Positions 1-12,484 of a stretch of DNA of 40,230 bases are shown here, one piece after another (position 1 is the stretch's first letter; each line of letters begins with the position of its first letter). This DNA is from Octopus bimaculoides (lineage: Eukaryota). The notes below the pieces were generated by a model. It saw only the letters and a list, made by a program, of their open reading frames with translations, was not told where the DNA came from and made no database searches. Both the position numbers and the translations under genes were made by a program. The DNA is taken from assembly GCF_001194135.2 (NCBI RefSeq), contig NC_068988.1:51269466-51309695 (forward strand). The letters run 5' to 3'.

Positions 1-53
<53 letters not shown>

Positions 54-544
54 GAAACATAAATCATAAGCTTGTTTTGAATTGGTATCAAGATTATTTA
101 CAGCCTTTTCAGGGGGAAACCATACTTGAAAATGAAGTTTGAAGATGATAAGTAAACTACACATATTCATGTGTATGTGTGTGTAAACATATGTATCTGT
201 GACTGTGCCTGTGTGTGTTTATATGTATATATATATATACGCTTTCACAGGTTAAATAAAGCTGTCCGCTGTATAATTGTATACACACTTCACGGCACAT
301 TTATTTACTTTCCCTCCCTCTTTTGACAATGTGAGGTTTATTTGAATACAACGCAATTGTGTGTGTGTGTGTGTGTGTGTGTGTTCGAGTGCGCGTGTGC
401 ATGTGAGTGTGCGTGCGTGCGCATACCTATTCATGCATACATTCACAAATACATTCATACATGTATGTATGTATGTATGTATGTATGTATAAATTGAAAC
501 GTTGTTTAATCCTACTAGGTGATAAGGCAATCATATATTTATAG

Positions 545-591
<47 letters not shown>

Positions 592-1156
592 NNNNNNNNN
601 NNNNNNNNNNNNNNNNNNNNNNNNNNNNNNNNNNNNNNNNNNNNNNNNNNNNNNNNNNNNNNNNNNNNNNNNNNNNNNNNNNNNNNNNNNNNNNNNNNNN
701 NNNNNNNNNNNNNNNNNNNNNNNNNNNNNNNNNNNNNNNNNNNNNNNNNNNNNNNNNNNNNNNNNNNNNNNNNNNNNNNNNNNNNNNNNNNNNNNNNNNN
801 NNNNNNNNNNNNNNNNNNNNNNNNNNNNNNNNNNNNNNNNNNNNNNNNNNNNNNNNNNNNNNNNNNNNNNNNNNNNNNNNNNNNNNNNNNNNNNNNNNNN
901 NNNNNNNNNNNNNNNNNNNNNNNNNNNNNNNNNNNNNNNNNNNNNNNNNNNNNNNNNNNNNNNNNNNNNNNNNNNNNNNNNNNNNNNNNNNNNNNNNNNN
1001 NNNNNNNNNNNNNNNNNNNNNNNNNNNNNNNNNNNNNNNNNNNNNNNNNNNNNNNNNNNNNNNNNNNNNNNNNNNNNNNNNNNNNNNNNNNNNNNNNNNN
1101 NNNNNNNNNNNNNNNNNNNNNNNNNNNNNNNNNNNNNNNNNNNNNNNNNNNNNNNC

Positions 1157-1556
1157 AGTCGATATAATCGATTTAATCCGTTTGTCTGCTCTTGTTTGTC
1201 CCCTGTGTGTAGCCCCTTGTGGGCAGTAAAGAAATAAAAATCGTTAGCACGCCGGGCGAAATGCTTACCGGTATTTTGTCTGCCGTTACGTTCTGAGTCC
1301 AAATTCCACCGAGGTCGACTTTGCCTTTCATCCTTTCGGGGTCGATTAAATAAGTGCTAGTTACGCACTGGGGTCGATGTAATCGACTTAATCCTTTTGT
1401 CTGTCCTTGTTTGTCCCATCTATGTTTAGCCTCATACGGGCAATAAAGAGATAAATATTTCTTCTGATTGTCGACGTTCTAAGTTCAAAACTCACCAAGG
1501 TGGACTTCGCTTTTTATTTATTCAGAATTGATAAAATAAAGTACCAGTCAAGTACA
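1157..1556 (+). mobile_element. SINE family A, head-to-tail multimer (tail of one unit, near-full unit, degenerate partial unit)
   Basis: Repeats the unit seen at 27034-27280 (cgttagcacgccgggcgaaatgctta...ctgagtccaaattccaccgaggtcgactttgcctttcatcc...ctggggtcgatgtaatcgacttaatcc). The gtcgatNtaatcga motif recurs at 1159 and 1373, a 214-bp period. Confidence 0.85.
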
Positions 1557-1562
1557 AATGTA

Positions 1563-1640
1563 CAAAGTCAACCACTGTGGAATTTGAGCTCAGAACGTGA
1601 AGAGCCGGAAGAAATGCCGATCAGTATTTTGTCAATTACG
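1563..1640 (-). mobile_element. SINE family A fragment, inverted relative to the preceding copy
   Basis: aaagtcaaccactgtggaatttgagctcagaacgt is the reverse complement of the family A B-box/core segment. Confidence 0.65.
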
Positions 1641-2395
1641 GTAACGGATTGCAGAACTGATAGAAGGCTTAGGAAATATGTTTTGAATATTTATGAACAA
1701 CTGTTTTCATTCTGAGTAGACTCTCCCCTAGGCGCAGCTCCATTCTGAAGTTGATCCAGTCAACTATCTCCAAGCTTCTAAATATGCAGCATTGTACCAA
1801 TATGTGGAAGGATTTCTCAAATACGAGTCAATTGGTGTTGGAAATAACATCAAAATCCGCCTCACAAACACCACGCAGCATAAAAATCTGCTTGCGCAAC
1901 ACCACAATGACTCTCACTGGTAACACCAAGAAGAAGCAATGTGCAAAATCTAGCTCAGTAAAGCAGCAGGTTCAATATACGAGTTAGTCTTCTACCTCAA
2001 ATTATACCCTAAAACAAGAATATACGCATTCTGTGATTTGCTTCTAGATAAATTGCCCGAATCAAAAACACTGTTAGTCACGTCTGGAGTGACTTTAATC
2101 ATAGGGCTGCTCTATTCAAAGGTGGCTCTGGGTTAAACAACAGCGAATATTTAACCCGGACATTCAAACAAGATATTTACTCCAGACATTCGCATCAGAC
2201 TTCGCACCAAGCATCATAGCTGATGTTTTGATTAAGCTACAGCGCTAGGGTTTGGCACGTGTTTATAAGGCACATATGAGAGGCATGCACCAAACAACCC
2301 ATATTCATGTTTGACGGTAATTCATATCAGACGACATAATACACGCGCACGCACACACACAAACACATATACACGCACACGCGCGTGCGCGAACG

Positions 2396-2457
<62 letters not shown>

Positions 2458-2663
2458 GGGCCAGGTGTCACCCATGAACGAGTATATCTTGATAGTCTGT
2501 ACCATGCTTTCGCTAATTGTCTTAGATGCCTGTATAGTTGCAGGCAGTCTGACATTTCACCTCTTCCACACTTCGTCCCAGTGAAGCATCCAGGATGTGG
2601 CAGCTGGAGAGACAGAGAGAGAGAGAGAGAGAGTATGTGTATATGTGTGTATGTGTGTGTGTA

Positions 2664-2698
<35 letters not shown>

Positions 2699-3194
2699 TA
2701 GACAAATAAGAGAAGACAGGCAAAAAAAGAGAAGAAAGAGAGAGAGAGAGAGAGTATCATTGCTCTCCTGATACTCGTTTTCAGCAGATCGACGGGAGCA
2801 ATGTGAAACGAAGTATTTTGCTCAATTACAGAACGTGACGCCAGATCTAAGTGTTGGACCCACGACATTATAGTCGCGATCCGGCACTTTAATTACGAGG
2901 CAAAATACCTTCACACACTCTTATACACAGGCGTGCGCGCGTAATAAATTTCTAACGTATTGAAATTTGTCTTCAAATTGAAGAAAGAAATCAAATATAT
3001 AGCGACTCTTAAACAGAAGCAAGTGCCTCGCCCCAAATGTAATTGTCACCTCTTTGCCCGTGTATAATATATACTAAGGTATTTTCTTTTTCTTCTTTTC
3101 TCTGGAATATACACACGCACACATACACACATATACGAGTGAGTGGACAATTGAAAGAAGGACACTCAACACATTTATTGTGAGTTACATGTAC

Positions 3195-3342
3195 GGATCA
3201 AAATAGTTTGACTCAAATTCGTTGGTACTCAGAGTTTCAACCGTGATGCTAATCTTCAAACATTAGGAACTTGAATCTGAAGTTGAAATTCTGAGGTTGA
3301 AAATCTGAGTACTAAGGAATTTGAATCAAACTGTTTTGATCC
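3195..3342. mobile_element. MITE-like foldback element with 48-bp terminal inverted repeats
   Basis: 3195-3242 and the reverse complement of 3295-3342 differ at 5 of 48 positions; 52-bp spacer. No clean TSD. Confidence 0.65.
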
Positions 3343-3427
3343 ATGTGCGCACGCGTGTGAGTGTATGTGTGTGTGTGTGTATGTTTGTGTGTTTGTGTTT
3401 GTGTATGTGTGTATTCGTGTATGTGTA

Positions 3428-3478
<51 letters not shown>

Positions 3479-3486
3479 GTGTGTGT

Positions 3487-3715
3487 ATTCTTTTATTCTT
3501 GTTTCAGTCTTTTGACTATGGCCATGCTTATGCACCACTTTGAAGGGTTTTAGTCGGACAAATCAACCCCAGGACTTATTCTTCGTAATCCTAGACTTGT
3601 TCTATCGGTGTCTTTTGCCGAACCGATAGATTACGGAGACATAAACACACCAACATCGGTTACTGAGTGGTGGTGGGGGAACAAACACAGTCACAAAGAA
3701 ACACACGCATAAATA
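3487..3715 (-). mobile_element. SINE family B, 3' half
   Basis: Reverse complement matches 25170-25345 (acatcggtt/aaccgatgt, ttctatcgg, ggacttattc, ttgtttcagtc tail). Confidence 0.8.
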
Positions 3716-3802
3716 CAAGCACACACACACACATATATATATATAGATAGAGAGAGAGAGAGAAAGAGAGAGAGAGAAAGAGAGAGAAAGAGAGAGGGAG
3801 AA

Positions 3803-3858
<56 letters not shown>

Positions 3859-4558
3859 TTACGTTACTCTGAGTAACAGTTTATCAAAATTTTTTCCGTT
3901 TTAATAAAATGTATACACACGCACACACACACACACACACACACGCACACACAAACAACAAAAACAACAACAACACATGTATTCTTGCTAAGAAGGGTTG
4001 GGTTTCGTTCACACAGTCTTCGACGGAAAACAGAACTTGTCAAACGGCGGATGAACTCAATAGAGCCAACGGCTACCCAACAGCTGGGAATGAGAGACCT
4101 GAAGCTTTTGTTTAGACATCTCTCTAGGAGGAAAAGAAATTGTGAGGTAACACCTGTTTGTATCCAATGGTTTAGACCAGTTCTTTCTTTGAGAAAATGC
4201 ATACATTGTTCAGAGAGGGGGATTGGCCCTTTGCAGAGCTTTTCGTTACATTATTAAGTCTCATACATAGGAATCACTTGATTTGTTACATCTCTGTTAT
4301 GTGTTGCATACAAGGATTGGCTGTAGTCAAAACAGGCAAAACTTTCACTGAAAAGTTCTAAAATGGAATGAAGGAACGTGCAGCGTGGGTAGTAAGCTAA
4401 AATCCTGCTGCAAGGAGACTCGTTATTGCTACATGTTTGCAAAGGAGTGTAGGTTCCTGGCAGAACTGTAAAAGCCACATCCGTGCTACTCAAGAGAATA
4501 ATCAATATATGACATAGCCTGAAATCGAGTTGCAGCTATAGTTATCATTTTCAATACA

Positions 4559-4599
<41 letters not shown>

Positions 4600-4609
4600 T
4601 TGTAACCGA

Positions 4610-4805
4610 TCATCACTTGACAACCGGTGTTGATGCGTTTACGTCCCCATAACTTAGCGATTCGGCAAAGAGACTCATAGAATAAGTTTTAGGCTTAAAA
4701 ATAAGTCCTGATATCGAATTGTTCGACAAAAAACACTAGAAGGCGGTGCTCCAGCATGGCTGCAGGCAAATGACTGAAACAAGTAAAAAACAAAAAGAAT
4801 AAAAA
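4610..4805 (+). mobile_element. SINE family B, 3' half
   Basis: cacttgacaaccggtgttgatgcgtttacgtccccataacttagcg...aaggcggtgctccagcatggctgcaggcaaatgactgaaacaagtaaaa matches 25170-25345. Confidence 0.85.
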
Positions 4806-4879
4806 TAATACCTACACACACATACATACATACATACATACATACATACATACATACATACATACATACATACATAAGC

Positions 4880-5062
4880 TTACACACATTTGTATGACGG
4901 TTTTCCTCAAAGTTATTGTCCGTTAATGTATTACACACAAACGTTTGGTTGGGCCGAGGCTTCACATAACGGCATGTGTCCGAAGTGTCAGGACTGTGGG
5001 ATCGAATCCGTAGCATTGTAATTTCAAAGTGGATTCCTTAACCACATTTCCTTGCCTGCGAA
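4880..5062 (-). mobile_element. SINE family B, degenerate 5' half (tRNA-like head)
   Basis: Minus strand reads gcaggcaaggaaatgtggttaagg...gattcgatcccacag...agcctcggcccaaccaaacg, which aligns to the B head at 24975-25120. Confidence 0.6.
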
Positions 5063-6192
5063 TTTCTAGAATAGGAAACTGATCGTCGACTCGGTAGGTC
5101 TGCCAAGTAATTAGATCTTTTCTTCATGTGTTCCCTCTTGTAAGTTTGGATTAATTAAAAGTGACATTTCACATGGATATATATACCTACATATCACATA
5201 TATGTCCTTACATACACACACACATTTTTTTTTATGGGTTTCAGCCAAGTGGCTGCGGTCATGCTGGAGCACCACCATATATATATATATATATATATAT
5301 ACATACATACATACATACAACATATACACAAACGCAAACATCATGCAAGTATACATGAATATACGTGTGTGTGTGTGGGGTAGGTATATATTTGTATCCG
5401 TTTATATATGTATGTATACATGTATGTGGATAGATTCTCGCATACTTATCTTTACACACATACATACATACACACACACAAACTCATGCATATGCACAAG
5501 TATGTATATATTAATATATGGGGGGGGGCGAGGTGGGCAGAGGAGCAGGGAAGGGAGGAGCAGGAGGGGTGGTGGAGGAGCAGGAAGAGGAAGGGCAGGA
5601 AGGCAGTAGTCGGAGGGGAGGAGCAGGAGGAAGAAACAGAAGAAGTAGGAGGGAAAACGAAAACTACTAAAGATCCAACACTAATCTCTGCAAACTGTTC
5701 TAAACTAGCCGCAAATCTTTGAAGAATTATAGTTTTCCAAGATCCATTATGTGTGATCAATGAATGAATACTTTACTTATCGATCTGTGTTAGTGTGTTA
5801 TCAGATGGTATATTTAGATCTACTGCTTGAGTTCTTTGGATTAATGTCGACAAGTATGCTCCCATTCCTTTGCAAAGAACAGCATGAACAAAGAAAAACC
5901 AATTGCCATCAATCCAAGAAAATATAGATTATGAATCTAGCAAAGCTAAGAGACGGGAGAACTGGAGGATGTTTCGCAATAAAAATCGGTAAAAAAAAAT
6001 AATAATAAAAGAAAATATGGCGATAATATCAAGGAAGTAAAGATGAAAGCTGGAGACAAATATATAGAAGTCGTAGAGAAATATTTGATAGAGGAATACA
6101 TATACATACAAAAAGGAATGTAGATTTTACATATACATACATATACATACATACAAACTTCTTCATCGATATGTTTATATATATATACATAC

Positions 6193-6270
<78 letters not shown>

Positions 6271-6393
6271 ATGTATATATATATATAAACATATCGATAA
6301 AGAAGTTTAGATATTAGAATACGTGGACGTGTGTGTCTGCGTAAAATATAGATGTGCAAGTATAGATATTGAAATATAGATACAAAACTAATA

Positions 6394-6490
<97 letters not shown>

Positions 6491-6596
6491 GAAGATAGAT
6501 AGATAGATATGTATGTACATTTACATATATAGACATATATGTCTGCATGTATATATATGTGTGTGTATATAATACACACAAAAACACACACACACA

Positions 6597-6629
<33 letters not shown>

Positions 6630-7164
6630 GCATACATACACGGACATGCCCGCACTCATGCAAATATAAAGGTAATGATTTTAGCATAAAGAAATATACA
6701 TTCATATATATCATATTTGTATGTTATATATATAGAAACATACATATCCATACATACATGCATATTTTCGTTTATATAATATGAATAAATATATGCATAC
6801 AGATGTATTATGAAAAGGATATATAATATATAATCATCGTCATAGAAATTTAAATGTAGATATAGAAATGTAGATATAAAAATAATGCATATGAAATGTA
6901 TAGAAATTATAGATATGTTGATATATATATATATTGGAACCGATATCTTGATATAGACGTTTAGATAAAGAAAAAATGTATTAGATATAGAAATAGGAAT
7001 AACAAAGCAACAGATTTTAATGAAAATCAATACAGATAGAATTAAAACAAGAAGAATTTAATATCAGTGAAAGAACCGCGGATGAGTATGATAAATTGAA
7101 TGAGTTATGGAAGGGGGTGAAGACGAACAAAATTAACTTCACGACATCACACGCAAGGAAAGGA

Positions 7165-7395
7165 AACATCAAATGTGGGAACCTCTAAGTGGTCGCATGA
7201 CTAGCTAGGTATAGATGTCAAAACTTCCTCAAATCACACTGCCATTGTCTCACAATGTAAAGTACCTATCGGGTGATGCAATTCTAGATATGCTCTGTCT
7301 GAAAATTGAAAAGATGAGATCATTACGGCTGGGACGCTTTTAATCAGAGGTCTGCTGGATCAACATTGATTTAGGAATCGTTGCTGAACCACAAT
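7165..7395 (+). repeat. Interspersed repeat family F (probable retroposon; other copies end in (AAC)n)
   Basis: Collinear with 18600-18812 and with the reverse complement of 32545-32945 (gtggtcNcNNgac...caaatcacac...ggctgg...ttNNatcaNaggtctgct). Confidence 0.6.
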
Positions 7396-7704
7396 TGTAG
7401 TCTGGAATACCTTAATATACAACCAATTAATAAGCCACGAAAATAATTGCTTCTAATTTAGGTAACGGTCTGCAATTTACGTGGGATGAGAGTTAATCGA
7501 TATCTTGATTGGTACTTTATTTCATTGACCTCGGTGGAATGAAAAGATTCGATGTCAGGAGCTCGGCAGGATTCGATGTCAAAACATAAAGGACCGGTAG
7601 AAACTCTGAACTCCAAACGTGAAGAACTGCTAGAAATCCGGCGCGTTAACCACCCTGCCAATTGGCCGCCTTAAAACATCAAAATAACGTGTTTCTTATT
7701 TAGA

Positions 7705-7850
7705 CACTAGACCAACAATTTTGGGGAAAGACGTTAGTTGATTTCATCGACCACAATACTTGACTGCTACTTTATTTTTATCCACCCCGGTGAGATGAAA
7801 AACAGAGCTGACTTCAGTGGAATTTGAGCTCAGAACGTAAAGAGTCAAAA
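7705..7850 (-). mobile_element. SINE family A, degenerate
   Basis: Reverse complement of the A core (gtggaatttgagctcagaacgtaaagag) and of tail type 2. Confidence 0.6.
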
Positions 7851-8727
7851 GAAGAAAAAAAAAAAGCGACGTTCTATCGACTCTGACAATGTCTCTAATG
7901 TTAGCGCAAAATCACAAAGTGCTTGGCTTAGGGGGAACAGGTATTTCAATCTAATTTTGCTCCGTTATATGACTAGTATTTGGTTTATATTTTATATTAA
8001 AAGCTCCAGAAGGATCGTAGTCAAACTTGGCGGAATTTGAAATCAGAACTTACCCAGACGTAATTAGATATGATTTATTTATGCCTGCTGATCTACCGAT
8101 TCTTCTGGTGTATTTTTAAATGAGTTTTCAAAATAATACTGATTTCTTTATTTTGTCACAGGAGCGACGCAAACACCGATCATTAGAACATGTTTAGTAG
8201 CAGAAACAAATACTTTAGCGTTTATTTATAATGCTTATAAAAACGCAAACCATACGAGCCAATTAGGGATCTTTTACAACAGCAACTGAATTTCGCTCAA
8301 ATCCCGCTTTGCCATCTTACATATGACAAAAGACGTTGCCGTCGCAACTCTCCTTGTATATTGGTGATTAGGACGTGAGGGTGTGATTTGAAGTAGATTT
8401 GGCTACTGTTTCTTTAAGGCCGAGTGACCCCAAAATGACTCTTTTGTTAGTTGGTCTGACGTAATGTGTAGATGCAGGACAAGCTGATAAGATAGTCCAG
8501 ACCTGCTATTTCTGATTGTTGTGGATTGTTTTCAGGGGTGGATCCAAGGGGTGGAGGGTTGCTGAGGGGCACGTGCTCCGCCTCAAGAAAAAAGAAGTGC
8601 ACCCTTCTAAATGATGTTGTACAGTAATTCCTTGCTATATCGCGGTTCACCTATCACGGTTTATCATTTAAGCTTATGTCGATTCCTCCGTGGTGGTGCT
8701 TTGCATTTATAGTAAAATAAATAAATT

Positions 8728-9110
8728 AGGCGGCGAGTTGGCACAAACCCTAGCACGCCGCGCGAAATGCTTAGCGGCATTTTGTCTGTCTTCACGTTCT
8801 GAGTTCAAATTCCACCGAGGTCGACTTTGCCTTTCAGGCTTTCGGGAGTCGATAAATTAAGTACCAGTTGCGTACTGGGGTCGATCTAATCGACTGGCCC
8901 CCTCCCCCAAAATTTCGGGCCTTGTGCCTAGAGTAGAAAGGTATTTCGTCAGTCTTTATTTTCTGAGTTCAAATTCCGCCGAGGTCAACTTTGCCTTTCA
9001 TCCTCTCGAGGTCGATAAATTAAGTACCAGTTGCGTACTGGGGTAGATATAGTCGACTGGCCCCCTCCCCCCAAAATTTCGGGCCTTGTGCCTAGAGTAG
9101 AAAAGAATAA
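8728..9110 (+). mobile_element. SINE family A dimer with tail type 2
   Basis: tRNA-like head (aggcggcgagttggc A-box; gagttcaaattcc B-box). Unit 1 is 8728-8940 and unit 2 is 8941-9108; both end in ggccccctcccccaaaatttcgggccttgtgcctagagtagaaa. Confidence 0.9.
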
Positions 9111-9817
9111 AATAAATATATAAAAATAATAAAATATACAGTACAATACTGTTTCTACTTCGCGGAGGGTTTGGAAACGTAACACCCGCAATAGCCGAGG
9201 GATTACTGTATTTCCTCCTGACTTTGTGCACTCCCTTCAAAAAATTCCTCTCACTCAACCCTTCCCATTTCTTCTAGACAAAAGACACTGTCAGAGATCT
9301 CAATTCACTATGCAGAGTGTAACTGATACAGTACCGAAAAAGAGACGGGAAGAGAGAGGAGGATTGACCTCAGTTCATGACTGGTATTTTATTTATTGAC
9401 CCTGGAGGAATGAAAGGCAGAGTTGACTTAGGTACGGTGTGCTCTCAGAGCGCAAAAACAAGCGAAACAATTGTTGGGAGATATTTATCAGATGTTCAAA
9501 CGAATTTGCCAAAGGACCACCTACTGTTAAAACTAACAAATAAAATTCTATTGTGAGGAAGAGGGGAGAAGTGCCGTATTTAGTTGCATAAAAGACGCAT
9601 GGACACATTAGACGTACTCCAACTTCAGCAAAGCATATTTAAGCGGAAAGAAAATAGGATTTTGTGCATTAAAACTTATAGGAGACCCAACTTCCGCATA
9701 TAGGACCCAGCCAGGATAATGTTTTAAAGACATTTTTTGAGAAAAATGTACGTTTTATATGCCGTCAAATGCGGTAACATTTTGGGTAGAACCGTTCAAC
9801 GAAGATTCGAAGATAAC

Positions 9818-9868
<51 letters not shown>

Positions 9869-9900
9869 NNNNNNNNNNNNNAAAGAAAGAGAGAGAGCTA

Positions 9901-9936
<36 letters not shown>

Positions 9937-10436
9937 AGAAGAAGAAGAAGAAGAAGAAGAAGAAGAAGAAGAAGAAGAAGAAGAAGAAGAAGAAGAAGAA
10001 GCGAAGGGTCCTGTTCAAAACATCTGACTTCTCTAGAGTAAAATAATTTATTCCACATCGTAAATATTTTGTGTTTACCGTCCGCTGATCCAAACCATCA
10101 CCAGTTTTCTCGTTGTTTTCCTGTATCACTTTGTTAAACATGTGTTTCGATTGAAGTAGCGTGAAATGACAACAATACTTCAAAATTAATCTAAAACACA
10201 CACACACACGCAAACACATGAACACCAGAAAACAAACAGGCTTTACAACATTCTTGTTTCACACGTTTATTTTATTATACCTTATTATGTTGAAACAAGT
10301 TTCAGATGAAACGTAACGCAACGTAACAAGATGGGAATGTTGGGACTAGAAACTGCTTTGGTATGTCCTTCTGCACACTAACATTAACACATATACATCC
10401 CACCACACACACAGACGCGCATATGTGTGTGTATGT

Positions 10437-10524
<88 letters not shown>

Positions 10525-10959
10525 ACATATAGACATACATACATACATACATACATACATACATACATAGAAACCAGTTCTTCTTCAGAGGAAGAATTTA
10601 AATGATTAAATACAGAAGAGACAGACATACATGTATGTATATATGTATGTATATATGTATGTATGTATGTATTTTGATGGTGCTGGTAGTGATGGTAATC
10701 GTGGTGATGGTGGTCTTGCTGGTGGTGGTGGTGGTGGTAATGGAGCACCATCAAAATACATACATACATACATACGTGTGCGTGTGTGCGCGTGCAGACA
10801 TGTACGTATATGCATGCATACATACACAAACATATGCAGAGAGCGAGGAAGAAAGAGAATAGGGGAGAGAGACTCACAGAGTATCTTTTTCTCCTTATCT
10901 TCTCACCATTGCCTTCGTTAAGTATTAAATGCGGCAGTGTTCGAGCTGTCACAAAGTTG

Positions 10960-11780
10960 ATCTGAATATGACCGTTGTTGGAAACAACAGATCAAAACCA
11001 TCAGAGCCAACCACCAACCACCACCAACAATAACAACAACAACCACCACCACCACCACCATCAAAACCACGACCACCACCACAACCACCATCACTAACTC
11101 TACCATCAGCACTCTCATCACCACCACCACCAACATCACAACTACCACCATCACCACCTCCATTACCACCACCACCTGTTGTTCGAGGCTGTGNNNNNNN
11201 NNNNNNNNNNNNNNNNNNNNNNNNNNNNNNNNNNNNNNNNNNNNNNNNNNNNNNNNNNNNNNNNNNNNNNNNNNNNNNNNNNNNNNNNNNNNNNNNNNNN
11301 NNNNNNNNNNNNNNNNNNNNNNNNNNNNNNNNNNNNNNNNNNNNNNNNNNNNNNNNNNNNNNNNNNNNNNNNNNNNNNNNNNNNNNNNNNNNNNNNNNNN
11401 NNNNNNNNNNNNNNNNNNNNNNNNNNNNNNNNNNNNNNNNNNNNNNNNNNNNNNNNNNNNNNNNNNNNNNNNNNNNNNNNNNNNNNNNNNNNNNNNNNNN
11501 NNNNNNNNNNNNNNNNNNNNNNNNNNNNNNNNNNNNNNNNNNNNNNNNNNNNNNNNNNNNNNNNNNNNNNNNNNNNNNNNNNNNNNNNNNNNNNNNNNNN
11601 NNNNNNNNNNNNNNNNNNNNNNNNNNNNNNNNNNNNNNNNNCACCACCTCCATCACTACCACCTCGACCACCACCACCATCGCAACTACCACCGCCATCA
11701 TCACCTCCATCACCACGACCACAACCACCACCATCACAACTACCACCATCACCACCTCCATTACCACCACCACCTGTTGT
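10960..11780. repeat. Degenerate (CAC/CAA)n trinucleotide tract spanning an assembly gap
   Basis: Direct reading; N run at 11194-11641. Confidence 0.9.
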
Positions 11781-11904
11781 TCGAGGCTGTGCTCCAGCAT
11801 GGCCGCAGCCCAACGACTGAAACAAGTAAAAGATATACGACTATATATATTAAACAAAACAATAAAACTTACAGGACAAAAGAACACATTAATCAACCGA
11901 AGGT

Positions 11905-12105
11905 CTTTGATATAGGCACAAGGCCTGAATTTATTTATTTATTTAGGGAATCAGTTGACTCCTGTTCTTGTCAAGTAAATATTTTTTATCGATTCTAGAA
12001 AGATGAAAGGCAAAGTCTCAGACCACGGTGAGATTTGAACACTTAACGTAAGGGAAACACCAAAAGATGCAGCAAAACATCTTGAGCGGCGCTTTAGCGA
12101 TTAAT
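11905..12105 (-). mobile_element. SINE family A, degenerate
   Basis: ggcacaaggcctgaatt (reverse complement of tail 2) ... gatgaaaggcaaagtc ... gatttgaacacttaacgtaag. Confidence 0.6.
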
Positions 12106-12127
12106 TTATCCACCGCCCTCTTATTAT

Positions 12128-12344
12128 CTGTTTCGAGTCCCAAGGTTCATAGGACTGCTTACCTGGTATCCATGAAGTATAAGTGACCGAGATCACAAAA
12201 TTTCACCTGAACAGGACACCAGTCCATCGCAGTTACTCGTTAATATCTGATTGGACAGGAGCAACGTGAGAGGAAGTGTTTTCCCCAAGAAAACAACACA
12301 CCATCGGTCCGGGAATCGAAACCACGATCTTGCGATTGTGAATG

Positions 12345-12347
<3 letters not shown>
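12128..12347 (-). mobile_element. SINE family E (tRNA-derived)
   Basis: Minus strand has the B-box gatcgtggtttcgattcccggacc, then gtgttgttttcttggggaaaacacttcc...ctgcgatggactggtgtcctgttcagg. Confidence 0.75.
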
Positions 12348-12398
<51 letters not shown>

Positions 12399-12484
12399 TT
12401 CTCATTGTTTTTGTACTTCCTATGCAATTGTGAGTGCTTTCTCTCTCTCTCATTGTTTTTATACTTCCCATGCAATTGCAACTG

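Noticed and set aside
1730-2130. Semi-open frame with QHHNDSHW, faintly like a Gypsy integrase HHCC region
   Set aside because: It has stops and lacks the GHxG and CxxC motifs, and its 3' end is a family F tail.
2460-2610. Possible minus-strand exon after a (CT)n-CAG acceptor
   Set aside because: No recognisable protein in any frame and no convincing donor; the polypyrimidine tract is just a microsatellite.
3975-4500. ~500 bp of unique, moderately GC sequence with 68-112 aa ORFs on both strands
   Set aside because: No recognisable domain or splice pattern.
8533-8582. caggggtggatccaagggg, like a MITE left end
   Set aside because: No matching right end or TSD found.
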